From Deltaproteobacteria bacterium (lineage in GTDB: Bacteria; Desulfobacterota; JBBIRW01), in contig JBBIRW010000003.1 in the NCBI GenBank assembly GCA_037441565.1, forward strand, positions 12,953 to 76,952: a stretch of 64,000 nt of DNA. The letters are read 5' to 3'. The notes under the pieces were generated by a model, which did not search any database, was not told the origin of the DNA, and saw nothing but the letters and a program-made list of their open reading frames with translations. Within the stretch, counting starts at the first letter, position 1. Each line of letters begins with the position of its first letter. Position numbers and translations under genes: made by a program. This document shows positions 9,514 through 18,645 of the stretch, one piece after another.

Positions 9514-10639
9514 CAGGACCTTTTGCACCTGTTACTGATGGGATATTCGCGGGGATATTTAGGAAACACTGTCTTGCCAGAAGGGCAAAAGTGACAGCCT
9601 CAACAGCATCAGCGTTAATTCCATAATCATCAAATACTCTTACAGGGATTGGATCCATTGCATCACTTAATGCCTTCATTATAGAAGGATTCCTCGATCC
9701 TCCACCACAAACAACTATTTCATCAATTCTATCCCAGGGAAGGAATTTTCTATAATGATACTCAACAGATCTTACTGTAAATGCAACAAGGGTTGCAAGC
9801 AAGTCACTGAGATCGATCATCCTTCTTCCACTCCATGTAAGGATGTTTTTAAGAAAAACGCCACCGAATTCCTCCCTGCTTGTTGATTTGGGAGGTCTTT
9901 TTTTCAAAAAAGGATGATTCATAAGGATATGAAGAAGTTCATCATTAACTTTTCCCTTAACAGCAATCCTTCCATCTCTGTCCATCCTCTTCCTTCCTCT
10001 GGAAAGTTGATATATAACAGAGTCAAGAAGTGCATTACCGGGTCCTGTATCAAAAGCTATAACATCATATAGTGAAGAATTGACTGAAATGAAAGTTACA
10101 TTTCCAATACCACCAAAATTCTGAACTGCAATATTTTTTAATGAATTTTTAAAAAACTCATAGTGAAAATATGGTGAAAGTGGAGCACCCTGCCCACCTG
10201 CTGCCATATCAGCAATCCGAAAATCACCAATAGTTATAATACCTGTCCTTTCAGCAATGACTGAAAGCTCACCGGCCTGAAATGTTACCCTTGTATTTTT
10301 GAAAATTCCCCTACCCTTTGATGGATAATGACATAATGTCTGTCCATGGGATCCTATAAGTGCTACATCTCTGATATCTATTCCACTATCCTTTACGATT
10401 CTTAATGCGGCTGAGGCAAAAAGATCACCAATGAGAAAATGTAAACGGAAAAGCTCTTCCATTTTCACATCCTCACCGGAGGACACATTCATTATCATCC
10501 TCCTTACCTTTTCAGGATACCTGTATGTTTTAAATGATATAAGGTTGAACTTCAGACCATTTTCACCTTGCTCTATATCAACAAGTGCAGCATCAATCCC
10601 ATCCGCCGACGTTCCTGAAATAAGACCTATTATTAACAA
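9473..10639 (-). CDS. anmK: anhydro-N-acetylmuramic acid kinase
   Basis: N-terminus MLIIGLISGTSADGIDAALVDI is typical of AnmK (ASKHA fold), and the size of about 380 aa fits. Confidence 0.88.
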   Translation of the reverse strand: MLIIGLISGTSADGIDAALVDIEQGENGLKFNLISFKTYRYPEKVRRMIMNVSSGEDVKMEELFRLHFLIGDLFASAALRIVKDSGIDIRDVALIGSHGQTLCHYPSKGRGIFKNTRVTFQAGELSVIAERTGIITIGDFRIADMAAGGQGAPLSPYFHYEFFKNSLKNIAVQNFGGIGNVTFISVNSSLYDVIAFDTGPGNALLDSVIYQLSRGRKRMDRDGRIAVKGKVNDELLHILMNHPFLKKRPPKSTSREEFGGVFLKNILTWSGRRMIDLSDLLATLVAFTVRSVEYHYRKFLPWDRIDEIVVCGGGSRNPSIMKALSDAMDPIPVRVFDDYGINADAVEAVTFALLARQCFLNIPANIPSVTGAKGPVILGKIVPGRRIF

Positions 10640-11658
10640 CCCTCGTTCCCCCTTTTTAAGAGAATTACTTTTTCCATGTAAACAACAGCATCTTCAACAG
10701 ATGTCCTATCAGGAAGATTTGATGACGGAAGCATTATACTTCTTGATATATGTGTATCTCTTCCTATATGGCAGTTATTACCTATAACAACAAATGGACC
10801 TGCTGTTACATTTTTTCCGATACTTACATTCTCACCTATAACAACAGGTGGAATTATCCTTACCCCTTTTTTGTATGTTGTATTCTCTTCAATCCAAACG
10901 CCTTTTTCCACCTCCACCCCCTTTCTCAGATGAAGAAAGAGCTCATTTCTCAGCATCTCCATTGATGCCCTGTGATACTCATGAATATTCCCCATCTCAA
11001 ACCATAAATTCTTGTGAAGGTATCCGTAAACCTCCTCCCCAGAAAGGATGATCGGGACAAGGGTATCTCTCACAATGCAGGATGGTTTTCCATCCCCAAT
11101 GAAATCAAATATCCTTGATGATAAAACCTGAAGACCAGCATACATATAATTAGCATCAGGGGATGATGCGGGCATTTGCTTTATTCTTAACTCATCATCT
11201 ATGACAACTCCACTGTATCCTTTTTCCCTTTTCCTTATAAGTAGAGTTGCAATCCCTCCTTTTGACATATGGTAACTTGCTATATGATCATAATCAACAT
11301 CCATAATTGTATCGCCATTAAGAAGAAACAGCATCGGCGTTTTTATATAAGATGATGCCTTTTTCAATCCCCCACCGGTTCCAAGCAGTTCATTTTCAAA
11401 GGAAAAATTTATCTTTATTCCATATCTATCACCAACTGCGATTATCTCCTTAAACTTCTCACTTAAATGATGAACATTCATAACGATTTCCCTGATTCCA
11501 CTCCTTGAGAGGAGATAGAGATGATATTCAATAAGTGGCACATTAAGGAGAGGAATCAACACCTTTGGATACCTTTCTGTAATGGGTCTCATCCTCATCC
11601 CGTAACCTGCTGCGAGTATCATGAAGGAGAAATCTTTTATCCTATCGGACTTTATCAT
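10633..11658 (-). CDS. sugar-1-phosphate nucleotidyltransferase with C-terminal left-handed beta-helix (MurU/GlmU-like NDP-sugar pyrophosphorylase)
   Basis: N-terminal NTP-transferase motif (ILAAGYGMRMRPITERYPKVLIP) and C-terminal hexapeptide repeats (GENVSIGKNVTAGPFVVIGNNCHIG). Translationally coupled to anmK downstream and to the AmgK-like kinase upstream. Confidence 0.7.
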   Translation of the reverse strand: MIKSDRIKDFSFMILAAGYGMRMRPITERYPKVLIPLLNVPLIEYHLYLLSRSGIREIVMNVHHLSEKFKEIIAVGDRYGIKINFSFENELLGTGGGLKKASSYIKTPMLFLLNGDTIMDVDYDHIASYHMSKGGIATLLIRKREKGYSGVVIDDELRIKQMPASSPDANYMYAGLQVLSSRIFDFIGDGKPSCIVRDTLVPIILSGEEVYGYLHKNLWFEMGNIHEYHRASMEMLRNELFLHLRKGVEVEKGVWIEENTTYKKGVRIIPPVVIGENVSIGKNVTAGPFVVIGNNCHIGRDTHISRSIMLPSSNLPDRTSVEDAVVYMEKVILLKRGNEGC

Positions 11659-12671
11659 TCAAGATAACCAAATAGAACTTTTTTTAAATTTCTCAGCCAG
11701 GGGAACTTCTCAAGATTCTCACGGACATAGGAAAGGGTTGCCGGTATATAAGAAAGGTAATCATCTTTTCCCCTGACGGTCTTCTGATATGCAAATGTAC
11801 CCACTGCCTTGAGATTCCTCTGTATGCTCATAAGATCAAAAATCTCCATAAACCTCTCACGGTTATCTATCCTGCAACCATGTTCTATAAGGTTATCAAT
11901 ATAGTATGAAAGCATCCTGTTCCTTATCTCATCAGGAATGACCGTGTATGAGTCCCTGAGGAGCGATGCAATGTCATACTGAAGAGGACCCATCCTTGCA
12001 TCCTGGAAATCGATAATTCTTATTTCATCAGTGTAAATCATTATATTTCTGCTATGATAGTCCCTGTGTGTAAAGAAACGAGGCTCATGTGAAAGTATAT
12101 CGCAAATAAAGTGAAACTCCTTTCTCAAGATATTGAGGTCACAATTTGTTATTTTCCTTCCGAGAAGACCCTCTATCATGTGTTTAAGGAAAAAATCGAT
12201 TTCAAACATCAGTTTCTCTGTATCAAAACATACATGGCTGGCAATACACTCATCATCTAATCTTTCTGTTCCAACAGTCTGTATAAGAACAAGCTCATCG
12301 ATTGCCTTTCTGTAAATACGGATGAATTCCTCTTCTGATTTTCCAGCAAGATATTCCTGCATGGTGATATCCCCAACATCCTCAAGTATTATTATCCCTT
12401 CCTCAAGATTAAAAAAGTATATATTTGGGATACTGCAACCTATTCTGTTAAGATGCCTGTAAATATTTAGAAATGGATATTGAAAAGGATCACTGAGTCT
12501 TATGGACTCGTTCAAATCCATTAGCACAACCGAGGGGATCTGAGAGTCATGAAGAGTAATTCTGTAATAAGATCTAACAGATGCATCTCCTCTCAGTTTC
12601 TCAACAGATATATCTGAAAAGGTAAAGCCTGCTTCCCTGCTTAGAATCTCAGAGATTCTACCTTCATTCAT
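11655..12671 (-). CDS. aminoglycoside-phosphotransferase-fold sugar kinase, AmgK-like (N-acetylmuramate/N-acetylglucosamine anomeric kinase candidate)
   Basis: APH/ChoK-fold with the Brenner motif HRDYHSRNIMI and an IDFQDA (DFG-like) motif. It overlaps the start of the nucleotidyltransferase, a kinase/NTP-transferase pairing like the AmgK-MurU pair. Confidence 0.65.
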   Translation of the reverse strand: MNEGRISEILSREAGFTFSDISVEKLRGDASVRSYYRITLHDSQIPSVVLMDLNESIRLSDPFQYPFLNIYRHLNRIGCSIPNIYFFNLEEGIIILEDVGDITMQEYLAGKSEEEFIRIYRKAIDELVLIQTVGTERLDDECIASHVCFDTEKLMFEIDFFLKHMIEGLLGRKITNCDLNILRKEFHFICDILSHEPRFFTHRDYHSRNIMIYTDEIRIIDFQDARMGPLQYDIASLLRDSYTVIPDEIRNRMLSYYIDNLIEHGCRIDNRERFMEIFDLMSIQRNLKAVGTFAYQKTVRGKDDYLSYIPATLSYVRENLEKFPWLRNLKKVLFGYLE

Positions 12672-13494
12672 TGATGATCCTCATAAATTCCCCGTGAATT
12701 CTGTTAACCTCGCGGAGAAGTAGTTCATTTTTGCTTTCTCCCTGATCCCTCAATTCATATACAAATGGCCCGCTGTATCCTTTTCTCGAAAGAATCTCCA
12801 GCATCTCACTCCACGGTATCGTCCCTTGAAAGGGAAGAAGATGTTCATCACTGGAGCCCTTATTATCATGAATATGTATTGTCATAAGGTGGTTTATTAT
12901 GGCCTCAAGATTTTCTGAGAAATTACCAGAAATATGAGCATGTCCTGTATCAAAACATGTTCCAATTCTCAAAGATGAATATCTCTCTATGAAGGTGAGG
13001 ATGGAGTTTATCGATGCCGAAGAAGAAACACCATTTTCAAGTGCAATATTCAGGGCCATTCCATTACAATGATCCAGGATCTCCCCCAGTGAATAGAAAA
13101 GATTCTCCATCTCTTCCTCATTTATATCTCCCGAAAGACCTGTGTGGGTAATAACAGTATTACAATCAAAGAACTCCATCGCATCGACGACCCTCTTGAA
13201 AAGATCCAGCGTCCTCCTCCTTAATGATCTATCCTTGCTTGCCAGACTGAGCCATCTTCCCTTCACTGCATCGGAAATATCCTCATAAAGCGGCCCATGA
13301 AAGGATATAACCTTTATTCCATGAGAAGAGATGATATCCGCTATTTGCTTCAGATAATCCCTGTTATCGAATTCAAAATGAGGCTTCATTGCCCAGATTT
13401 CAAGGAACTGAAAGTTATTCCTGCTAATAATATCTATTGTTTCTCTTGACAGAGGATTGTAAAGGAAAAGGTGTGTGGAAATTGCCTTTATCAT
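12664..13494 (-). CDS. xylose-isomerase-like TIM-barrel sugar-phosphate isomerase/epimerase (AP_endonuc_2 fold)
   Basis: TIM-barrel family motifs (...VITHTG..., ...FDTGHAHISG..., ...HIHD...). Overlaps the AmgK-like gene by 8 nt and is the first gene of the operon. Confidence 0.75.
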   Translation of the reverse strand: MIKAISTHLFLYNPLSRETIDIISRNNFQFLEIWAMKPHFEFDNRDYLKQIADIISSHGIKVISFHGPLYEDISDAVKGRWLSLASKDRSLRRRTLDLFKRVVDAMEFFDCNTVITHTGLSGDINEEEMENLFYSLGEILDHCNGMALNIALENGVSSSASINSILTFIERYSSLRIGTCFDTGHAHISGNFSENLEAIINHLMTIHIHDNKGSSDEHLLPFQGTIPWSEMLEILSRKGYSGPFVYELRDQGESKNELLLREVNRIHGEFMRIINE

Positions 13495-13565
13495 AATTAA
13501 TAAATAATAACATCACCGTACACCATGGTCAATTTCCTAAAGCCATAACCCTACTCCTCCTTTTA

Positions 13566-15674
13566 TTGAAAGATGATCAACTATGTGATAATTTTCCTTT
13601 TATAATGTTAGGGGTCATCATCCAGATATTACTGGCACTTTCCTTATTAACCCAAAAAGCATACCCTTTAAACATTCCCATCGATATGGAGACAAAAAAG
13701 TTCCTCTCTGATGTCTCATCATCAAAGATCGAGAATATAGATACCGCCATATTAAAACTGGAGTCCATGAGGGGAAGATTAACGGAAATAGATGATTACC
13801 TCCTCTATTTCATTATAAAGCTTTACCTGAAAAAGGGAGACATCCAGGGGGCATACAGATATCTCGATCAATTTAATAACACTCATCAAAGATCCATCCT
13901 GAGGGGAAAGGTGAACCTCGCTTTTGCAAAAAGCCTCTATGAAAATGGGAATCCTGATGATGCACACAAATTTATAAAAATTGCAATGGAATGCTGGCTT
14001 GGAAGATCAAAGCCTGAGGCTCTGCTCATCGAAGGTCTCATACTTGAATCGATGGGAAATATAAGGGATGCGCTCAAATCATACTACAGGCTTCGTGGAG
14101 CCTTCCCCCTCTCTCCGGAGGTCAGAATAGCGAAGCAGAGAACCGAGCTTATCAGGAAAACAAGAGATATAACGCTGTATCCTTCGCTGGAGGAATATCT
14201 CTTTGTCGAAGGATCACTCCTAATAAAGGAAAGGCAATATGATGAAGCGGCTAAAAATCTTGATAGACTCATAAAGGAATTCCCTGAAAGTAATTTCGCA
14301 AGGGAGGGTAAATTCAAAAGGGCAGAGCTATTTGTGTTAATGGGAGAGCCGAAAAAGGCCCTTGATAGATTTATCAGCATAAAAAATGCATATCCAGGAC
14401 AGAGGATAGCTGCAGAAAGTATTATCAAGGCGATAAGTATTCTGTGGAAGGAAGATTCCATAAGTGATGTAAGATCCCTTGCACTTGAGCTTTACAATAA
14501 TTATCCCTATATCCCGTGGTCAGACAAGGCAGCCTATATCCTGGGCAGATTGTTTGAGGAGGAGGGGAAATGGGATCAGGCAGCATCCCTCTATAAAAAG
14601 GCATTGGACCAGTTCAAGAATAGCCCACTTCAAGAGAATCTTATGAAGAGAATAGCCTGGTGCTACTACTTAAAAGGGGATTTTTCTCGCTCCTCGGAAA
14701 TCTTCAATAAATTATCCAATAAATTTTCATCCCTTAAAGAATATGGCCTTTACTGGAAGGCAAGATCATTTGAAAAGATGGGCAAGAGGAGGGAGGCATG
14801 GGAAATCTTTAATTCATTGGCTAATCTTCCCTATACCTCCTATTATGGGGTCCTTTCATTAAAAAAGATAGGAAAATTAACCCCATGCAATGAAGGACGG
14901 ATCAGAGAAACCAAGGATAATAAAGGTGATGGCGCTTTCAATATTCCAGGGCTATTACGAGCAATGATACTGTCCGAATTATCTCTTCTTCCAGAAGCCG
15001 AGGAGGAGCTGGATGTCATAAGTAAGGCTGGTCTCGATCTGTCTGAAAAGCTCCAGCTCTCCCGCCTTTATAAAAAGGCCGGTTCACCTTATAAATCAAT
15101 AAAGATCGCATCCTCCATTGAAATGGAGTTAAAAAGCCGTAATGAGTTAGCCTTACCACTTCCTGAACTTGATATCCTGCTATTTCCCCTTGAATATAAA
15201 GATGAGATAATTAAATATTCCTCGGAAAACGGATTTGATCCTCTACTGATAGCCTCGATAATCAGACAGGAGAGTGCCTTTGACCCAGCAGCCATCTCGA
15301 GATCAAATGCGCTGGGACTCATGCAGATCATTCCTCAAACAGGGGTAATGATTGCAAAGAAAACAGGAATTTCGGAATTCACCCCTGATATGCTCTATCA
15401 ACCATCCATAAATATAGAGCTGGGCATATCCTATCTGAAGATGCTTAACAAAAAATTTAAAGGCGATACCATAAAAACCCTTGCAGCCTATAATGCGGGA
15501 GAAACAATTGTAGAAAAATGGTGGAAGAGGATTTCACATATGGAAGACGATGAAATTGTTGAGAATATACCCTACAGTGAAACAGAGAACTACATAAAGA
15601 ATATAATAAGAAACCACTACCATTACAGAAGGATATACTGTGAATCATCCGCGATGCCCAATCCATCCCTGTAA
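13566..15674 (+). CDS. soluble lytic murein transglycosylase (Slt70-like; superhelical TPR-like N-terminus + SLT catalytic domain)
   Basis: C-terminal SLT-domain motifs (ASIIRQESAFDPAAISRSNALGLMQIIPQTG; AYNAGE) and a long alpha-helical repeat N-terminus with signal/TM. Confidence 0.88.
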   Translation: MKDDQLCDNFPFIMLGVIIQILLALSLLTQKAYPLNIPIDMETKKFLSDVSSSKIENIDTAILKLESMRGRLTEIDDYLLYFIIKLYLKKGDIQGAYRYLDQFNNTHQRSILRGKVNLAFAKSLYENGNPDDAHKFIKIAMECWLGRSKPEALLIEGLILESMGNIRDALKSYYRLRGAFPLSPEVRIAKQRTELIRKTRDITLYPSLEEYLFVEGSLLIKERQYDEAAKNLDRLIKEFPESNFAREGKFKRAELFVLMGEPKKALDRFISIKNAYPGQRIAAESIIKAISILWKEDSISDVRSLALELYNNYPYIPWSDKAAYILGRLFEEEGKWDQAASLYKKALDQFKNSPLQENLMKRIAWCYYLKGDFSRSSEIFNKLSNKFSSLKEYGLYWKARSFEKMGKRREAWEIFNSLANLPYTSYYGVLSLKKIGKLTPCNEGRIRETKDNKGDGAFNIPGLLRAMILSELSLLPEAEEELDVISKAGLDLSEKLQLSRLYKKAGSPYKSIKIASSIEMELKSRNELALPLPELDILLFPLEYKDEIIKYSSENGFDPLLIASIIRQESAFDPAAISRSNALGLMQIIPQTGVMIAKKTGISEFTPDMLYQPSINIELGISYLKMLNKKFKGDTIKTLAAYNAGETIVEKWWKRISHMEDDEIVENIPYSETENYIKNIIRNHYHYRRIYCESSAMPNPSL

Positions 15675-15722
15675 TAAACCTGCAATTTCTAAAAATGGGG
15701 TTTTGATGTAAAATTTATACCA

Positions 15723-17312
15723 ATGCAAATCTTCAGGTTAAAGAGCCTGCAGATAAAGTTAATCTTGCTTATTATCCCCATACTTATAGCCATATTCATC
15801 ATCTCCACCTTTCTCAGTGCAAGGATGCTTAAAAGGTCTACAGAGGAGGATATGAAAAAAAGGTCTGTATCTATCGCCGAGGACCTTGCTTCCGACCTCC
15901 TTGAGCTCGAAACGATTAATGAAAAAAATATAAATGCCTTTTTACTGGAATCGATGAAATCCCATAGAGAAGTCCTTCAGATAGATCTCTTCAGAATAAA
16001 AAATGGGAGGGTATCAATTATAGCATCAACATCAGCAAAGAAAGAGGCGGTTCATTTTGATCCAAAAAGGATAATAAATTCCTTTTCGAGAGGGGAAATT
16101 GTAACAAAGCTTGAATCGAAGGAAGAGAGGAGACTCTGGACTGTTTACTATCCACTGAAGGAATTATCATTATGTTTGAGGATAAGGATTTCACTCCATG
16201 AGGCTGATGTGATAATAGAAAGACAGAAAAAACAGGCCATGATTATATCATCTATTTCTATCCTGCTCATAGCCTCTGTTATTATACTTTTTGTGAGAAA
16301 TACAATAAACAAACCCATAAGTAAGCTTATCAATGCTATGAAGCTTGCTGAAGAAGGAAAACTTGATACAGAGGTAAGTGTGGGAAGTGGAGATGAAATA
16401 GAAATCCTTACAAGGAATTTCAATAATATGATGAAAAAAATAAAGGAGAGCAGGGATGAAAATATCCTTCTACTCGAAAAGATAAATAAATTCAATCTTG
16501 AACTTCAAGAAAAGATAAAAGAAGCAACAAGGGAACTTGAGAATAGAAACCTTGAATTGCAAAGGGTAAATGAAATCCTCTTCCAAACGCAGATACAGCT
16601 TGGCCATATGGAAAAACTCGCTGCGGTTGGTCAGCTTGCAGCCATCATTGCACATGAAATAGGAACACCGCTTAATTCAATATCGGGCTATATTCAGTTA
16701 CTGCTGAGGGAAGATGCAGATAACGACTTGATAAGAAAGAGACTTGAAATAATGGATTCACAGGTCAATCGTGTAACGGAAATCCTTAAAAATCTGCTTA
16801 TAGCAACAAGACCGCCAGCTCCCTCAATTGAAAAGGTTAATTTAAAGAAGATACTCGATGAAATCCTGAGTTTCGCAACCCTCGGTCTCAGCGCCAAGGG
16901 GATTGTAACTGAAGTGGATATAGAGGAACTTCCAGAAATTGAAGCTGATCCGAACCAGCTTCAGCAGGCATTTCTTAATATAATAATGAACGCAATAGAT
17001 GCCATGCCTGATGGAGGAATACTGAGAATTAAAGCAGCAATGGATGGCAATGCCATAACCATATCCTTTACTGATACGGGCACAGGTATTCCTCCCGAGC
17101 ATCTGAAAAAGATCTTTGACCCCTTCTTCACAACAAAGGAAAGGGGGAAGGGTGCAGGTCTTGGACTCACGGTCTGCAAGGAAATTGTTAAGAAACACAA
17201 TGGTGAGATAAGGGTTGATAGTAAACCCGGTGAGGGAAGTTGTTTTACCCTCCATTTTCCATTGAAAGAGGAGAGCAACAATGATGAAGGGAAAAAGGAT
17301 ACTGATTCTTGA
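15723..17312 (+). CDS. sensor histidine kinase (TM-HAMP-coiled coil-HisKA-HATPase; NtrB/AtoS-like)
   Basis: H-box HEIGTPLNSISGY, N/G boxes (NIIMNAIDAM, DTGTGIP, GLGLTVCKEIV) and N-terminal TM segments followed by HAMP. Confidence 0.9.
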   Translation: MQIFRLKSLQIKLILLIIPILIAIFIISTFLSARMLKRSTEEDMKKRSVSIAEDLASDLLELETINEKNINAFLLESMKSHREVLQIDLFRIKNGRVSIIASTSAKKEAVHFDPKRIINSFSRGEIVTKLESKEERRLWTVYYPLKELSLCLRIRISLHEADVIIERQKKQAMIISSISILLIASVIILFVRNTINKPISKLINAMKLAEEGKLDTEVSVGSGDEIEILTRNFNNMMKKIKESRDENILLLEKINKFNLELQEKIKEATRELENRNLELQRVNEILFQTQIQLGHMEKLAAVGQLAAIIAHEIGTPLNSISGYIQLLLREDADNDLIRKRLEIMDSQVNRVTEILKNLLIATRPPAPSIEKVNLKKILDEILSFATLGLSAKGIVTEVDIEELPEIEADPNQLQQAFLNIIMNAIDAMPDGGILRIKAAMDGNAITISFTDTGTGIPPEHLKKIFDPFFTTKERGKGAGLGLTVCKEIVKKHNGEIRVDSKPGEGSCFTLHFPLKEESNNDEGKKDTDS

Positions 17313-18645
17313 TGATGATCCTGTAACCTGCAATTTTCTAAAAGAGCTACTCACTAAGGAGGGATACGAGGTATTCACAACAACAAAGGGCCATGAGGCA
17401 CTTAAACTCGGTAGGGAAATAGATTTCAATCTTGTTATATCCGACATAAGGCTTGATGAAAGTGATGGATTTGAGATTCTCAAAACCTTCAGAAGGATTA
17501 AGCCCGGATTACCAATAATCCTTATTACAGCATTCGGATCCGTTGAGGGAGCCCTTGAAGCAATAAAGGAGGGTGCATTTGATTATATAAGTAAGCCATT
17601 CAGAATTGATGATCTTCTCCAAAAGATATCTCAGGCTATTGAAAGAAGCATAAGTGAAGATGAAATAAAAACTCAGACTACAAGGAGACAATATGATTTC
17701 TCAGATATAGTAGGGATAAATACAAAAATGCTTGATATTTTTAAAACAGTTGCAAGAATTGCCAGCTCAAAGAGCACTGTTTTGATCCAGGGTGAAAGCG
17801 GAACAGGAAAGGAGGTTGTTGCACGTGCAATACATTTAAACAGTCCAAGGGCCTCGAAACCATTCATAGTTATAAACTGTAGCTCCATTCCCGAAACACT
17901 CCTGGAAAGCGAACTTTTTGGCTATGTTAGAGGAGCATTCACCGGGGCAACGATAAACAAAAAGGGATTGCTGGAAGAGGCGCATTATGGAACATGCTTT
18001 ATAGATGAAATCGGAGATCTTCCACAATCCATCCAGATAAAGCTCCTTCGCTTCCTTCAGGATCACAGGATAAGAAGGATAGGGAGCAATGAGGAAATAG
18101 AGGTTGATGTAAGAATTGTTGCTGCAACAAACAAGAATCTCGAAGAATTGGTAAAAAGGGGGGTTTTCAGAGAAGACCTTTATTACAGATTAAATGTCGT
18201 AAATATATACATACCTCCTCTCAGGGAAAGAAAGGATGATATACCCGCTCTCGTCGATCATTTTATAAGAAAATATGGTATTGAGAACAATAAAAAAGTA
18301 TATGGAATTTCTGATGAAGCAATTGATATACTTCTTTCATACGAATGGCCTGGCAATGTCAGGGAACTTGAAAATGTTATTCAGAGGGCAGTAACACTTT
18401 CTCATGGACCAATAATAAGACCGGAAGATCTCCCTGATCACATATGCAGGAAGGAACCATCCTGTCTTTCTTCAGATGAGCTTCTCTCCCTCAGAGAGGT
18501 GCAGAAAAGATATATTATAAAAGTCCTCGAGAAAACAGGCGGAAACAAAAGCAGAGCAGCGGAAATTCTTGGAATAAACAGAAAAACACTGTATAGAATT
18601 GCAAGGAGATACGGAATTGATATCGACAGAGACAGCAAAAACTGA
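17281..18645 (+). CDS. sigma-54-dependent response regulator (REC-AAA+-Fis HTH; NtrC family)
   Basis: REC domain (ILILDDD...D55), Walker A GESGTGKE, GAFTGA sigma-54 contact motif, ESELFGY, and a C-terminal HTH (AAEILGINRKTLYRIARRYGI). Confidence 0.92.
   Translation: MMKGKRILILDDDPVTCNFLKELLTKEGYEVFTTTKGHEALKLGREIDFNLVISDIRLDESDGFEILKTFRRIKPGLPIILITAFGSVEGALEAIKEGAFDYISKPFRIDDLLQKISQAIERSISEDEIKTQTTRRQYDFSDIVGINTKMLDIFKTVARIASSKSTVLIQGESGTGKEVVARAIHLNSPRASKPFIVINCSSIPETLLESELFGYVRGAFTGATINKKGLLEEAHYGTCFIDEIGDLPQSIQIKLLRFLQDHRIRRIGSNEEIEVDVRIVAATNKNLEELVKRGVFREDLYYRLNVVNIYIPPLRERKDDIPALVDHFIRKYGIENNKKVYGISDEAIDILLSYEWPGNVRELENVIQRAVTLSHGPIIRPEDLPDHICRKEPSCLSSDELLSLREVQKRYIIKVLEKTGGNKSRAAEILGINRKTLYRIARRYGIDIDRDSKN

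Noticed and set aside
13633-13650. TGGCAC hexamer that could be a sigma-54 -24 element
   Set aside because: It lies inside the slt coding region, the -12 position has TTATT rather than TTGCW, and it is 2 kb from the NtrC-like regulator. It is most likely a chance occurrence.
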